Shown here: piece by piece, positions 8,557-19,217 of the stretch
Layout of the letters: each line of letters starts with the position of its first letter
Position numbering within the stretch: the stretch's first letter is position 1
Assembly: GCF_012516315.1 (NCBI RefSeq)
Contig: NZ_CP051185.1
Coordinates: forward strand, 1,135,403-1,167,402
Reading direction: 5' to 3'
Length of the DNA stretch: 32,000 nt
From: Limnospira fusiformis SAG 85.79
GTDB lineage: Bacteria; Cyanobacteriota; Cyanobacteriia; Cyanobacteriales; Microcoleaceae
Program-made: the position numbers and the translations under genes
Notes under the pieces: model-generated
The model's input: only the letters and a program-made list of their open reading frames with translations
Database searches by the model: none
Told to the model about the DNA's origin: nothing

Positions 8557-9540
8557 TAAGTTATCACAACCAACTACCATGAGCCGTTACTCTTTAGATT
8601 TTCGGAAAAAGATAGTAGAAGCCTATGAAAAAGGAGACACTTCTATCCGAAAAGTAGCGAAACGCTTTTTGGTGAGTCCAGACACGGTAAGGCGACTGGT
8701 CAAACAGTATCGATTAACGGGAGACTTATCTCCTCGTAAGTGTGGCACTAAAAAGAAAAGCATTTTATCTAAGCATGAGGAAGCCGTGATAGATATTGTA
8801 GAAGCCCACCCCGACCTGACCTTATGGCAATATAGTGATAAGCTCAGAGACAAGCTGGGCATAAATGTCAGTACGACCATGATAGATAGATTTTTAAAGC
8901 AGCACGATATAAGTCTCAAAAAAAAACATACAGGAGCGAAAAAGTAGTAACAGAAGAAGTACAGAAAGCGCGAGTAGATTATTGGGAAAGAATTAGAGAT
9001 GTGGCTCGTGAAAAGCTTGTGTTTATTGATGAAAGTGGGTTATGGGTAGGGATGAGCAGACCGTTAGCCAGAGCGACGAAAGGGAAAAAAGTCTATGAAC
9101 TGCGGAAATCCTATCGAGGTCAAAAAATGACAATAATTGGTGCAATTAAGCTCTCCGGAGGGGTGGCGACTCAAACATTAGAAGGGTCCATGAAAAAAGA
9201 GGATTTTCTCCAATTCATCAAGTTAGATTTATTGCCAAAATTAAAAAAAGGAGATGTAGTGGTAATGGATAACTGAAATTCTCATCATCGAGAAGAAGTC
9301 AAAGAAATGATAGAGTCAGTAGGAGCCAGGGTAGAATATCTGCCGGTGTATTCCCCTGAGTTTAACCCGATAGAGATGATGTGGTCACAGCTCAAAAGTT
9401 TAGTGTGCAAGTTCAGGACGGAGACCATGGAATTATTAGTGAGATTGGTAGAAGTGGCGGTAAGCCTTGTGGATTTACAGTGTTTGAATAACTGGTTTAC
9501 CAAGTGTTGTTAATGTGCTTAATGATTGAGATAAAGGCTG
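8557..9540 (+). mobile_element. second IS630-family insertion sequence type, ISC (full length)
   Basis: It starts TAAGTTATCACAACC directly after the TA that also flanks ISA-1, and ends ...GATAAAGGCTG before TA at 9541. It encodes an HTH plus DDE transposase distinct from ISA. Confidence 0.7.
8579..9513 (+). pseudogene. IS630-family transposase of ISC (A9 frameshift site plus in-frame TGA)
   Basis: The ORF from ATG 8579 runs to stop 8947. The downstream frame (open from the A-run; track ORF 9001-9276) reads KLVFIDESG. It is joined to the first ORF only by a -1 shift in the A9 run at 8918-8926. An in-frame TGA at 9274-9276 (VVMDN*NSHH) is followed by 9307-9513 (YLPVYSPEFNPIEMMW). Confidence 0.75.
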
Positions 9541-9897
9541 TATATCGTGCTGCTTTAAAAATCTATCTATCATGGTCGTACTGACATTTATGCCCAGCTT
9601 GTCTCTGAGCTTATCACTATATTGCCATAAGGTCAGGTCGGGGTGGGCTTCTACAATATCTATCACGGCTTCCTCATGCTTAGATAAAATGCTTTTCTTT
9701 TTAGTGCCACACTTACGAGGAGATAAGTCTCCCGTTAATCGATACTGTTTGACCAGTCGCCTTACCGTGTCTGGACTCACCAAAAAGCGTTTCGCTACTT
9801 TTCGGATAGAAGTGTCTCCTTTTTCATAGGCTTCTACTATCTTTTTCCGAAAATCTAAAGAGTAACGGCTCATGGTAGTTGGTTGTGATAACTTATA
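9541..9897 (-). mobile_element. partial inverted copy of ISC (left 357 bp only)
   Basis: This is the reverse complement of 8555-8911. Track ORF 9475-9900 encodes the same 119 N-terminal residues as 8549-8947, then diverges at ...KQHDI. Confidence 0.8.
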
Positions 9898-9905
9898 CAA
9901 TAGCC

Positions 9906-11021
9906 CTAAGTACAGGACAAAAGTTGTAGAGCCTGGTGAAACCGCCCTGAAAACAAAGGCAGATTAGAGAAAGTGCGGCGTAGAAAATCGAAGCCAGTGC
10001 GGAAAAGACTCTGGGAGCGTCGTCCGTGAGCCTTCAAAGGAATGGGTGAACCTTGGTGAATCCACAAACCCACCTTCATAGCCCAAGTAAAAGCCAGGCT
10101 AAGCAAAGCCAATAAACGGCTCAAGCGCTCAGGGTCCTTAAAGTGAGTCGATTCGAGACAGAAGCCCCGAGTCTTCAAGGCTCCGAAGAGGTTTTCAATA
10201 CCCCAACGCCGAGCATAGTCGGGGAGGGCCGTTTCGGGGCAAGCGTTAGTGATGAGAATCAACAACTCCCCCGAATCAGCCAGACGAGAGCCAATGACGT
10301 AAACCTGCCGTCCCCAAACCCAACGGCGACCCGAAAGCTGGCGAAATTCTCCGGGTCGCAGAGAATCAAACATTCGTTCGCCGCTACGCCGAGTTCCTCC
10401 TAACTTAGGACTAATCAGCTCGCTGTGGCGGATGCGTAGGCGGAAAGGAACCTCGGGGTCGATGAGAAGATACGAGAGCCAATCTCGCCCCACAAATTCC
10501 CGGTCAGCGGTCAGACAAGCCACCTCCACGTCAGGAAATAGTGCCTCGAAGCGGTCGAATAAGTCCATGCGTTCGCCACTGTTGCTATTGCCCTTTTTGT
10601 CAAGCATCGTCCACAGCAGGGGAAAGGCAATCCCCTCGTGGACGACTGCCAACATCAAGATGTTGAAATGGGTTTGACCGAAAGACCAACAGGTGCGGTC
10701 GAGACTAAGAGTCCAAGGTTGGGGAATGTCAATGAGGCTAACGACGAAACGGGCAATCTCTGCCCGGTCAAATTTGAATTGCCGAAAAAAACGTTGTAAT
10801 CGCTGGTAATTTGAGGAAATTTGCACAGGATTTGCGAATACAGTCGCTATTTCCATCAGATTAACCGTCTTTGTTTGGAATAGCGCCATCAGGAACAGAC
10901 AGACAAAGTTTAATCTCGCCCCGTGCCAGGGCAAGTGAGGGCGCAAAGTGTCTCGTAATCGGTTAAGCTCGTTCATGAGAGGGAAGTTTGGTTTGTGGTA
11001 ATTCCGATGTAACCCTCTCAC
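9906..11021 (-). CDS. IS4-family DDE transposase
   Basis: 371-aa ORF with motifs LSLDRTCW, LTADREF and YARRWGIENLFGALK (Y-R-E-K signature). The stop codon is the last 3 nt of the element. The real start may be the ATG at MNELNRL (codon 16). Confidence 0.85.
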   Translation of the reverse strand: MRGLHRNYHKPNFPLMNELNRLRDTLRPHLPWHGARLNFVCLFLMALFQTKTVNLMEIATVFANPVQISSNYQRLQRFFRQFKFDRAEIARFVVSLIDIPQPWTLSLDRTCWSFGQTHFNILMLAVVHEGIAFPLLWTMLDKKGNSNSGERMDLFDRFEALFPDVEVACLTADREFVGRDWLSYLLIDPEVPFRLRIRHSELISPKLGGTRRSGERMFDSLRPGEFRQLSGRRWVWGRQVYVIGSRLADSGELLILITNACPETALPDYARRWGIENLFGALKTRGFCLESTHFKDPERLSRLLALLSLAFTWAMKVGLWIHQGSPIPLKAHGRRSQSLFRTGFDFLRRTFSNLPLFSGRFHQALQLLSCT

Positions 11022-11141
11022 CCCAACTTGGCGCTACCCCCCCACCCCTCGACTTTCACCTCGGCCCGGAGCGCCCCCTTCAGAATTTTCGGCTAGATTC
11101 CCTTTTGGCTAAGACTTTCAGCTTTTTTGTCCTGTACTGAG
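9906..11141 (-). mobile_element. IS4-family insertion sequence, copy ISB-1
   Basis: The 1236-bp unit has terminal inverted repeats CT(C/A)AGTACAGGACAAAA and is near-identical to 22474-23709. No matching direct repeat flanks this copy. Confidence 0.85.
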
Positions 11142-11764
11142 TTAAACAACATAAAACAGCACCTCAATCAGCCCTGATTAGTAAACTAAACCCGATTATT
11201 CGTGGATGGTCAAATTACTACTCAGGGGTCGTCTCAATGGAGACTTTCAGTAAGCTAGACAATATAATCTGGCAAATGTTGCGGGCATGGACAGTGTCAA
11301 GATGCGGAAAGGCAAATTATGAAAAACTAGGAAACTATTTCAGTAATGGAACGGTTAAACTTAGCAATGGGAATGAAAGACAGGAAGCTTGGTTGTTCAG
11401 GACCAAAAATGGGTTCCAGTTATGGAAACATAGTTGGACTCCAATTGTTAGACATACCTTGATACGCCCGGAAGCAACACCATATGACGGAAACTGGACT
11501 TACTGGGCAACCAGACGAGGTCAGGCAATTGAAACGCCAAGTAGGGTAGCAAAACTACTCAAGAAGCAAAAAGGCAGGTGTACCTGGTGTGGGCAATACT
11601 TTACCCCATCAGACCTAATTGAAGTAGGCCACATTGTACCTCGAAGCCTCGGTGGAAAGGATGAATACAAAAATCTTCAGCTATTACATCGCCATTGTCA
11701 CGATGATAAGACGGCACTAGATAACGCCAACGCTGTATCCCTAACAATGGAGCAATTAAACTAG
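11142..11764 (+). pseudogene. group II intron IEP C-terminal part (X domain plus HNH) of intron D
   Basis: The sequence resumes ...KTAPQSALISKLNPIIRGWSNYY right after ISB-1, then continues as track ORF 11237-11764, which ends with the HNH motif (CTWCGQYF, HRHCHDDKT). It is about 85% identical to 2125-2655. Confidence 0.85.
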
Positions 11765-12245
11765 GAGCCGTGTGAAGGGAAACTTTCATGCACGGTTCTG
11801 AATGGGAGGGGGTGAAGGTGACTTCACTCTCGACCCCTAATAAAACAAAGCAGGGAACTCAAAGTCAAAAACGCCAAACTGGAAATCTTAATGATTCCTT
11901 AACAATTGCGTTTAAAGTAAAGGCGGTAGCCACCCCCAGTTTTGGGAATCACAAACCCAGGATTGAAGCGGGGAACGGAAGGCGTGAAGTAGAACCTACT
12001 ACCAGATGCGACCACTGCCAACCATCCATGATTAGGGAAACCGAATGTTCGGCTTGAACCATCGATAACACTAAGCAGCGAAATAGGTTGTGACGCTGCG
12101 CCCAAAAGGGCAAGGGGAAAAGTAGGGTAATCGCAACATCACCTACACAGACTTTTAAAGGTACCCCGGTGGATAGAACAAATCTAAAGTTGGAATGCCC
12201 ATATAAACGGAACGTTTAAACCCCTCATAGGCTCTCTAATAAATA

Positions 12246-13203
12246 TAGCACAAGACAGAACACTTAGGACGTATAATGGAGAGGACGAGATGACTAAGAA
12301 GACCAAAAATGCCAGCCCCCTATAGTTACGACCTCAGACAAAAAGTTATTGATGCCATTGAACTAGACGGTATGCCCAAAACAGAAGCCAGTCAAGTTTT
12401 CCATGTCAGCAGGAACACCATTAATCTCTGGCTGCAAAGAAAAGCACAGACCGGAGACTTCCTCCCTAAACCTCATCACCGACCTGGCAATAACCACAAA
12501 ATTACCGACTGGCAGAAATTCAAGGCTTTTGCCCAAGAGCATGGCGACAAAACAGCAGCTCAAATGGCTGAACTTTGGGATGACGACATCTCTCCTCGCA
12601 CCATATCCAGAGCCTTGAAGAAAATTGGCTTCACCAGAAAAAAAACTTACGGCTACCAAGAACGTTGGAAGCAACAGCGAGAGGAGTTTATGGCTCAGAT
12701 TGAACAGATGGAGCCGGAAGAAGTGGTCTACCTCGATGAAGCCGCCATGAATAGTCAGGACTCGGATTACCCTTATGGTTACTGCGAGGAAGGAAAACGC
12801 TTCCATGCACTCAAATCAGGGAAGAGGCAGGGCAGGGTAAGTATGATAGCCGCATGGTGTCATCAACAACTCTTAGCTCCCTTTAGCTTTGAGGGTTGTT
12901 GTAATCGGACAGTGTTTGAGTTGTGGTTGGAGTTCATCTTAATTCCAACATTGAAGCCAGGTCAGACTCTAGTATTGGACAATGCAACGTTTCATAAAGG
13001 GGGACGGATTGCTGAACTGGTGGAGGCAGCTCAATGCCGTTTACTCTATCTTCCGCCTTATTCGCCAGACCTCAACAAGATAGAGAAATGTTGGTCGTGG
13101 CTGAAAGCCCGTATTCGCCACTGCACGTGAGCAGTTTGATTCTCTCCATGATGCCATGGATTCCGTTCTCAAAGCTGCGTCCTAACCACCTTGACTAATG
13201 CTA
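12246..13203 (+). mobile_element. IS630-family insertion sequence, copy ISA-2
   Basis: Full-length unit flanked by TA (12244-12245 and 13204-13205). The flanks join to the uninterrupted intron sequence ...AATAAATAAGTGAG... as seen in intron F (about 13765-13790). Confidence 0.88.
12309..13130 (+). CDS. IS630-family transposase (HTH and DDE parts fused; 1-nt insertion truncates the last ~24 residues)
   Basis: 273-aa ORF. The A-run at 12638-12645 has 8 nt, so both domains are in one frame. CACTGCACGTGAG here compares with CACTGCATTGAG in the other copies, giving a premature TGA at 13128. Confidence 0.75.
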   Translation: MPAPYSYDLRQKVIDAIELDGMPKTEASQVFHVSRNTINLWLQRKAQTGDFLPKPHHRPGNNHKITDWQKFKAFAQEHGDKTAAQMAELWDDDISPRTISRALKKIGFTRKKTYGYQERWKQQREEFMAQIEQMEPEEVVYLDEAAMNSQDSDYPYGYCEEGKRFHALKSGKRQGRVSMIAAWCHQQLLAPFSFEGCCNRTVFELWLEFILIPTLKPGQTLVLDNATFHKGGRIAELVEAAQCRLLYLPPYSPDLNKIEKCWSWLKARIRHCT

Positions 13204-13251
13204 TAAGTGAGCAATATTACTCACAAGAGTAGTGAAAAGTGTAAGCGTATG

Positions 13252-13968
13252 GTGCGAGACGTTCGGGTATGAAATAGGGCTGAAATGCCCGAAATAACTA
13301 CCCGGTGAGGATTCCAGCTCCGAATCTGGATATAAGGAGACCTCTCCTGACCATCCTCATAACTGGTTATATGTCCCGACGCTTAGGGAACTAAGCAAGG
13401 CAGGGAACTCAAGGTCATAAACGAACTGAGAAATCAGGGAGTAGAGAGTAACGGCGATAGCCACCCCCAGTTTTGGAAATCATAACTCCAGGATTGAAGC
13501 GGGGAACGGAAGGCGTGAGGTAGAACCTACTACCAAGACGCGACCACTGCCAACCATCTATGATTAGCAAGACCGAATGTCCGACTTGAACCATCGTAAT
13601 ACACTAGCAGCGAAATAGGTTGACACGCTGCGCTCAAAAGGGCAAGGGGAAAAGTAGGGGGTTCGTGCGACTACCTACACAGACCTTTAAAAGTACCCCG
13701 GCGGAGAGGACAAATCTAACGATGGAATGCCCATATAATCGGAACGTTGTAACCCCTCTAATGCTCTGCCTATAAATAAGTGAGTAATGCTATTCACAAG
13801 GTAGTAGTGAAAAATGTAAGCGCATGCTTAGAGGGTGAAGGATGTGACCAGAAGCTAAAGCCCAATTGTCATGGTTGGGATATGCCCACAGGTCACGGTG
13901 GGGATATAGATACTGCGGTCAGTAAGAGTATAATGGCGAGGACGAGTTTAAAGACTACGTGGTGCATA
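13252..13968 (+). mobile_element. group II intron F (ORF-less type), 5' 717 nt, truncated by ISA-3
   Basis: GTGCGAGACGTTCGGGTATGAAATAGGG at 13252, inside intron C after ...GTAAGCGTATG. It is colinear with the nested intron at 2623-3536 through the IEP stub ATGGCGAGGACGAGTTTAAAGA (13933). No domain V is present. Confidence 0.75.
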
Positions 13969-13970
13969 TA

Positions 13971-14233
13971 TAGCATTAGTCAAGGTGGTTAGGACGCAGC
14001 TTTGAGAACGGAATCCATGGCATCATGGAGAGAATCAAACTGCTCAATGCAGTGGCGAATACGGGCTTTCAGCCACGACCAACATTTCTCTATCTTGTTG
14101 AGGTCTGGCGAATAAGGTGGTAGATAGAGTAAACGGCATTGAGCTGCCTCCACCAGTTCAGCAATCCGCCCCCCTTTATGAAACGTTGCATTGTCCAATA
14201 CTAGAGTCTGACCTGGCTTCAATGTTGGAATTA
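13971..14233 (-). mobile_element. IS630-family insertion sequence ISA-3, truncated (263 bp of the transposase 3' end)
   Basis: Identical to ISA-1 7597-7859 (TAGCATTAGTCAAGG...GGAATTA), after which similarity stops abruptly. Track ORF 13989-14222 is the last 77 residues of the transposase. Confidence 0.85.
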
Positions 14234-14291
14234 TATATTTTCAATAACCTCGTGATTGTTAAGGATAAAGAATCAGTTAAAATTTAGTTTC

Positions 14292-16910
14292 TTACTTGAT
14301 GATTAGTTCTCTGGGTAATTTCTTGAAAGAAAGCCGCTCATTTTCGACATCAACATAGATGGTATTTCCATCATTAAACTCTCCCCGAAGAATGCCTTTG
14401 GCAATTTGTGTTTCTAGTTCCTGTTGAATAGCTCGTTTGAGGGGACGGGCTCCATAAACGGGGTCAAAACCGACATCAGCTAGGTAGTCCAGGGCGCTCT
14501 CAGACAATTTTAAGGACATTTTATGCTGCTCTAGGCGCTGAGAAAGATTGCCTAATTGTAGGAGGACAATTTCGCGCAATTGGTGGGGTTTGAGAGAGTG
14601 GAAAATAATAATTTCATCAATGCGATTAAGAAACTCTGGACGAAAAGCCGATCGCATAGAATCCATAACCCGGTGACGCATTTCCTCATAGCGAGAATCA
14701 TCGCCAGCAATATCCAAAATATACTGCGACCCAATGTTACTGGTCATAATAATGATAGTATTTTTGAAATCGACAGTACGACCTTGAGCATCAGTCACTC
14801 GACCATCATCAAGAATCTGAAGCATGACATTAAAGACATCAGGATGAGCCTTTTCTATCTCATCAAACAGAATGACAGCATAGGGACGGCGGCGGATCGC
14901 CTCAGTGAGTTGTCCTCCCTCATCATAACCTACATATCCGGGAGGAGCGCCCAAAAGGCGGGAAACGGAGTGTTTCTCCATGTATTCAGACATATCAACA
15001 CGCACGATCGCCTCTTCGGTGTCAAATAGGTAGGAGGCTAAAGCCTTAGCTAGTTCGGTTTTACCGACTCCGGTTGGTCCGAGGAAGATAAAACTAGCCA
15101 CAGGTCGGTTAGGGTCGGACAGACCAGCGCGCGATCGCTGAATAGAGTCAGCGACGGCTGTTACAGCTTCATCCTGTCCCACTACCCGTTGATGTAACTC
15201 ATCTTCTAAATGCAGTAATTTCTCCTTCTCAGATTCGACTAATTTACTAATAGGAATCCCCGTCCACTTAGAGATAATTTCAGCAATATCAGACTCGGTT
15301 ACTTCTTCCCGGAGGAGAGTTTTCCCTCCGGTTTGAGTATCTTGTAATTGTGACTCAGCTTGATGGAGTTGTTTTTTGAGAGCTTCCAGGGTCCCATATT
15401 TCAACTCAGCAGCGCGGTTGAGATCGTAATTACGTTCGGCTTGTTGAATTTCAATGTTAACCCGATCAATCTCTTCTTTGAGGGACTGAATATGGGTAAT
15501 TGTATTTTTTTCCGACTCCCACTGAGCGCTGAGGGTGCGTTGTTCTTCCTTCAGGTTGGCTAAGTCTTTTTCCAGTCGTTCTAACCTTTCTTGGGAGGCG
15601 GTATCACTTTCTTTTTGCAAAGACAGTTTTTCCATTTCTAATTGGAGGATTTTCCGGTCGATTTCGTCTAGTTCCTCCGGCTTAGAAGTGATTTCCATTT
15701 TCAACTTAGCAGCGGCTTCGTCTACCAAGTCGATCGCCTTATCAGGAAGGAAGCGATCGCTAATATAGCGAGTAGACAGAGTAGCCGCCGCCACCAAAGA
15801 ACTATCAGAAATCTTCACCCCATGATGAACCTCATAGCGTTCTTTCAAGCCTCGTAAAATCGAGATAGTATCAACCACATTAGGCTGATCAACGTAAACC
15901 TGCTGAAAACGTCGCTCTAAGGCTGCATCTTTCTCAATATACTTACGATATTCATCTAAGGTTGTGGCACCAATACAGCGCAACTCACCCCTAGCTAACA
16001 TAGGTTTCAGGAGGTTTCCCGCATCCATCGCACCTTGGGTAGCTCCCGCACCAACAACGGTGTGAATCTCATCAATAAATAGGATGATTTTACCTTCCGA
16101 GTCCGTCACTTCTTTCAGGACTGCTTTTAAGCGTTCTTCAAATTCTCCCCGAAACTTAGCCCCCGCAATAAGTGACCCCATATCCAGTGCTATTAGTTTT
16201 CTTTCTTGGAGAGATTGAGGCACATCTCCGGCGATAATACGTTGAGCCAATCCTTCTGCGATCGCAGTTTTTCCAACTCCTGGTTCCCCAATTAAAACCG
16301 GATTATTTTTAGTGCGCCGACTCAAAATTTGAATAGTGCGACGGATTTCTTCATCCCGACCAATTACCGGGTCTAATTTCCCCATACGCGCCGCTTCAGT
16401 TAAATCGCGTCCATATTTCTCCAAGGCTTCATATTTGCCTTCCGGGTTCTGATCTGTCACAGTTTGATTTCCTCGAATTTGGGTAATAATTTGTTGAAGT
16501 TTCGCTTCATCTAGTCGAAATTCTTGATAGAGAGTTTTACCAAATCTAGCATCTTTAGTGTAAGCCAATAACAGATGCTCAACCGATATATATTCGTCTC
16601 CATATTGTTGGCGGTAGGCTTCAGCGTTGTCTAACAGCGTATCTAAAGTGCGACCTAAATATACGTTGGTGCTGTTTCCTTTAATTTTCGGTTGACGATT
16701 AATAAAGTTTTCCGTACTTTCCCGGACCTTAGCTACTGATATTCCCGCTTTGTTAAATAAACTATTAGCCAGTCCATCTTGCTCTAGCAAGGCTTTCATC
16801 AAATGCTCAGTTTCGATTTGTTGTTGTTGAGCCTGTTTGACTATATCGGGAGTTTGTGCTAAGGCTTGCCATGCTTTTTCTGTAAATTTACTCGGATCTG
16901 TGGGTTGCAT
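14292..16910 (-). CDS. clpB: ATP-dependent chaperone ClpB
   Basis: 872 aa with two AAA+ modules (Walker [10 protein letters not shown] and GPTGVGKTE), a long coiled-coil middle domain between them, and the Clp N-domain. Confidence 0.95.
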   Translation of the reverse strand: MQPTDPSKFTEKAWQALAQTPDIVKQAQQQQIETEHLMKALLEQDGLANSLFNKAGISVAKVRESTENFINRQPKIKGNSTNVYLGRTLDTLLDNAEAYRQQYGDEYISVEHLLLAYTKDARFGKTLYQEFRLDEAKLQQIITQIRGNQTVTDQNPEGKYEALEKYGRDLTEAARMGKLDPVIGRDEEIRRTIQILSRRTKNNPVLIGEPGVGKTAIAEGLAQRIIAGDVPQSLQERKLIALDMGSLIAGAKFRGEFEERLKAVLKEVTDSEGKIILFIDEIHTVVGAGATQGAMDAGNLLKPMLARGELRCIGATTLDEYRKYIEKDAALERRFQQVYVDQPNVVDTISILRGLKERYEVHHGVKISDSSLVAAATLSTRYISDRFLPDKAIDLVDEAAAKLKMEITSKPEELDEIDRKILQLEMEKLSLQKESDTASQERLERLEKDLANLKEEQRTLSAQWESEKNTITHIQSLKEEIDRVNIEIQQAERNYDLNRAAELKYGTLEALKKQLHQAESQLQDTQTGGKTLLREEVTESDIAEIISKWTGIPISKLVESEKEKLLHLEDELHQRVVGQDEAVTAVADSIQRSRAGLSDPNRPVASFIFLGPTGVGKTELAKALASYLFDTEEAIVRVDMSEYMEKHSVSRLLGAPPGYVGYDEGGQLTEAIRRRPYAVILFDEIEKAHPDVFNVMLQILDDGRVTDAQGRTVDFKNTIIIMTSNIGSQYILDIAGDDSRYEEMRHRVMDSMRSAFRPEFLNRIDEIIIFHSLKPHQLREIVLLQLGNLSQRLEQHKMSLKLSESALDYLADVGFDPVYGARPLKRAIQQELETQIAKGILRGEFNDGNTIYVDVENERLSFKKLPRELIIK

Positions 16911-17127
16911 AATTTATAACCTCCTATACTGATTTTATCTAATAATTGACTGCTATTAACCATGGGGGACCTTTGGCGGAAGATTTTGATAAGAATGCCA
17001 TCATTTTCTCAAGGTTTGAGTCTGTCCGACTATTTATAGACTTTAGCTTAATTGACTAGGGGCATTAGTTCTCTATTCCTAACCTTCGGGGTACGGATCA
17101 CCGAAGTGATCAGCAGAGCTATGGTGG

Positions 17128-18849
17128 CTACAAATACTGACCAGAGACGTGGACTGGCAGCCAAACGACAAAGGTCGAGCCTACTCCTTCACGGCTTTTG
17201 ACATAAATGCCGCCGCCTAAAATCTCACACAGTCGTTGGCTGATAGCGAGTCCTAAACCAGTGCCACCAAATCGTTTAGTTGTGGAAGCGTCAGCTTGGA
17301 TAAAGGCTTTAAAAATGTGTTTAACCTGTTCTTTATTCATACCAATTCCTGTGTCTTTGACCTGAAAAACTAAATACTGAGTTTTAGCACTGGCAAATTT
17401 TTCGGCATTCAAGGTGTCTTTTTTCCACTCATTGGGAATTTTGGTTACTCGCTGCACTTGCAGGGTAATGGTTCCTTTATTGGTAAATTTGGAAGCATTA
17501 CTTAATAGGTTTAATAGCACTTGTCTGACTTTGGGTAAGTCGGCATACATGGTGCCGAGGTCTTTGGCGGTTTTGACTTTCAGAGCGTTATGATTTTTTT
17601 CGGTTAAGGGGGTGGCGGTGGCTACGACATCATCAATTAATTGTTGTACGGCAAAATCTTCGAGATACAGGGTGACATGACCTGCTTCGATTTTGGAGAT
17701 ATCCAAAATATCACTAATCATGTCTAAGAGGTGTTTCCCGGCGGTTTGAATCCTCTCTAAATCGGGTAAAAAATCATCGTAGCCTAAATCTTTTGATTCT
17801 TCGTGCAGCATTTCGCTATAGCCAATAATGGCGTTTAAGGGGGTGCGAAGTTCATGGCTCATGTTGGCTAAAAATACGCTTTTTGATCGGTTGGCTGCTT
17901 CGGCGGCAATTTTGGCTTTTTGGAGTTCTTCGGTGTATTGTGCCACTCGTTTAATTAGTTGGTTAAGGGTGGTTGTGAGTTTGCCGATTTCTGTATGCTG
18001 GTCTTCCATTAGGGGAATTCTTAGGGCAAAATCGGAATCTTCTCCTACTTGATCAGCAATGTCAATCATTTTTTCAATCGGATCGGCGATCGCTTTACCT
18101 GTATATTTGGCTAGTAACCAACCTAAAACTATAGCGGTTAATAAACTTATTAATATAATGTTACGAGCGATACTTTGTCCGGTTTGTAATTCAACTAAGG
18201 CTAAGTCGGCGCGATCGCGGAAATTAACCGCTAACCGCAATGCTTCCCCAGACAAATCATAGAGGTTAGTGGCGGCGGGGCTGTTGTTGAAGTTGTTTAA
18301 TGATTGTTGGATTATTTGTAGATTTTCTGGGCTATTATTACCAGTTTCTGTAGCTGGAAATATGCGGTTTATTTCCTCTGTATATACAGCGATCGCACTG
18401 CTATAATCCTGCAAAATTTCTTGTAATCTTTGATAGTCTGGCTGGATTTTAGGGTCCGTGGTGCTAGGCACTTCCTGCCAATTGTTCAGAGCCAGTTGTA
18501 ATTGAAAAATTTCTGACCTAATTTGGGAAATTATGATTAATATTTTGTCGGGGTTGTTGATATTATTAACCAGCTTTTTTTGCTGGTCTTTTAGGTCAAA
18601 AATATTCGTATCTAAGTTAATTAAAAAATGGGCTTGGTTGTGATTAATCTTAAACTGTTTATTACTGTTATTGGTGAGAACTGTGTTAACTACAAATCCG
18701 GTTAACACACCCCCGACGGCTACACCGAGAACAATCATATAGCCACTACTAATTTTTTGCCGAATTCCCAAATTATTGAAAAACGGCAGAGACAACCCCC
18801 AAGGAGTTAGGGTATTTGAAGAATTGGGTTTGGGTGAGGTTTGAGGCAT
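17128..18849 (-). CDS. sensor histidine kinase (2 TM, extracytoplasmic domain, HAMP, HisKA, HATPase_c)
   Basis: 573 aa. H-box [20 protein letters not shown]-box LLNLLSNASKFT, G-boxes DTGIGM and GGTGLGLAI. TM helices lie near residues 37-58 and 225-247. Confidence 0.88.
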   Translation of the reverse strand: MPQTSPKPNSSNTLTPWGLSLPFFNNLGIRQKISSGYMIVLGVAVGGVLTGFVVNTVLTNNSNKQFKINHNQAHFLINLDTNIFDLKDQQKKLVNNINNPDKILIIISQIRSEIFQLQLALNNWQEVPSTTDPKIQPDYQRLQEILQDYSSAIAVYTEEINRIFPATETGNNSPENLQIIQQSLNNFNNSPAATNLYDLSGEALRLAVNFRDRADLALVELQTGQSIARNIILISLLTAIVLGWLLAKYTGKAIADPIEKMIDIADQVGEDSDFALRIPLMEDQHTEIGKLTTTLNQLIKRVAQYTEELQKAKIAAEAANRSKSVFLANMSHELRTPLNAIIGYSEMLHEESKDLGYDDFLPDLERIQTAGKHLLDMISDILDISKIEAGHVTLYLEDFAVQQLIDDVVATATPLTEKNHNALKVKTAKDLGTMYADLPKVRQVLLNLLSNASKFTNKGTITLQVQRVTKIPNEWKKDTLNAEKFASAKTQYLVFQVKDTGIGMNKEQVKHIFKAFIQADASTTKRFGGTGLGLAISQRLCEILGGGIYVKSREGVGSTFVVWLPVHVSGQYL

Positions 18850-19217
18850 CCGTTGCTTTACAATTAGCCAGGAAGGTCTACAAAATACCAGGCGTAACCC
18901 TCGGTTCTGATGGCTGTCAGAATTTTAGATTTTGGGGATGTCTGATATTATTATCGGTATCTATAATTCAGGCGGCACATTCAGGATCAAGTTGAGCAGA
19001 AGGTGAGAACCTACTGGACAAGTATTCTAGCATTTTAATAAGTCAATTTTGATCAACCTTTGATAAACTTAATGAAGTTGGGAGATGCACGCTCAACAGT
19101 GTGCATGGGTCAAGGAACTTTGATAGTCCCCAGGCTATCTGCAAATTTTGGTTTTGGCATGGTGATGGCGCTAGGGGTACACTAGAAGTAAATTTAGTGA
19201 ATGACGGGTAATTGTCC

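Larger units (their letters stand above)
6266..11841 (+). mobile_element. group II intron D (IEP-encoding), central part replaced by intron E fragment and IS elements
   Basis: GTGTGATTCGTTTAGGAGTCAAATAAGG at 6266. Domains I-III are colinear with intron A and the IEP ORF starts at 6980. Domain V GAGCCGTGTGAAGGGAAACTTTCATGCACGGTTC is at 11765-11799 and domain VI ends ...CGACCCCTAAT at about 11841. Confidence 0.8.
6119..13251 (+). mobile_element. group II intron C (host segments 6119-6265, 11842-12245, 13204-13251), interrupted by intron D, ISA-2 and intron F
   Basis: GTGCGAGACGTTCAGGCATCAAATAGGG at 6119. After D's 3' end, the sequence resumes with AAAACAAAGCAGGGAACTCAAAGTC..., colinear with domain I of the other copies. 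It continues on both sides of ISA-2 across a TA duplication and is then cut by F at 13252. No domains V/VI are present. Confidence 0.7.

Noticed and set aside
11788-13992. Track ORFs 11788-12057, 11899-12105 and 13780-13992
   Set aside because: They cover intron domain V/VI or domain I RNA of introns D, C and F. They are an accidental by-product of repeated ribozyme sequence.
14552-15768. Antisense or alternative-frame ORFs inside clpB (14552-14734, 14580-15029, 15360-15563, 15535-15768)
   Set aside because: They are fully embedded in a highly conserved 872-aa clpB frame, have low-complexity translations, and lack start context.
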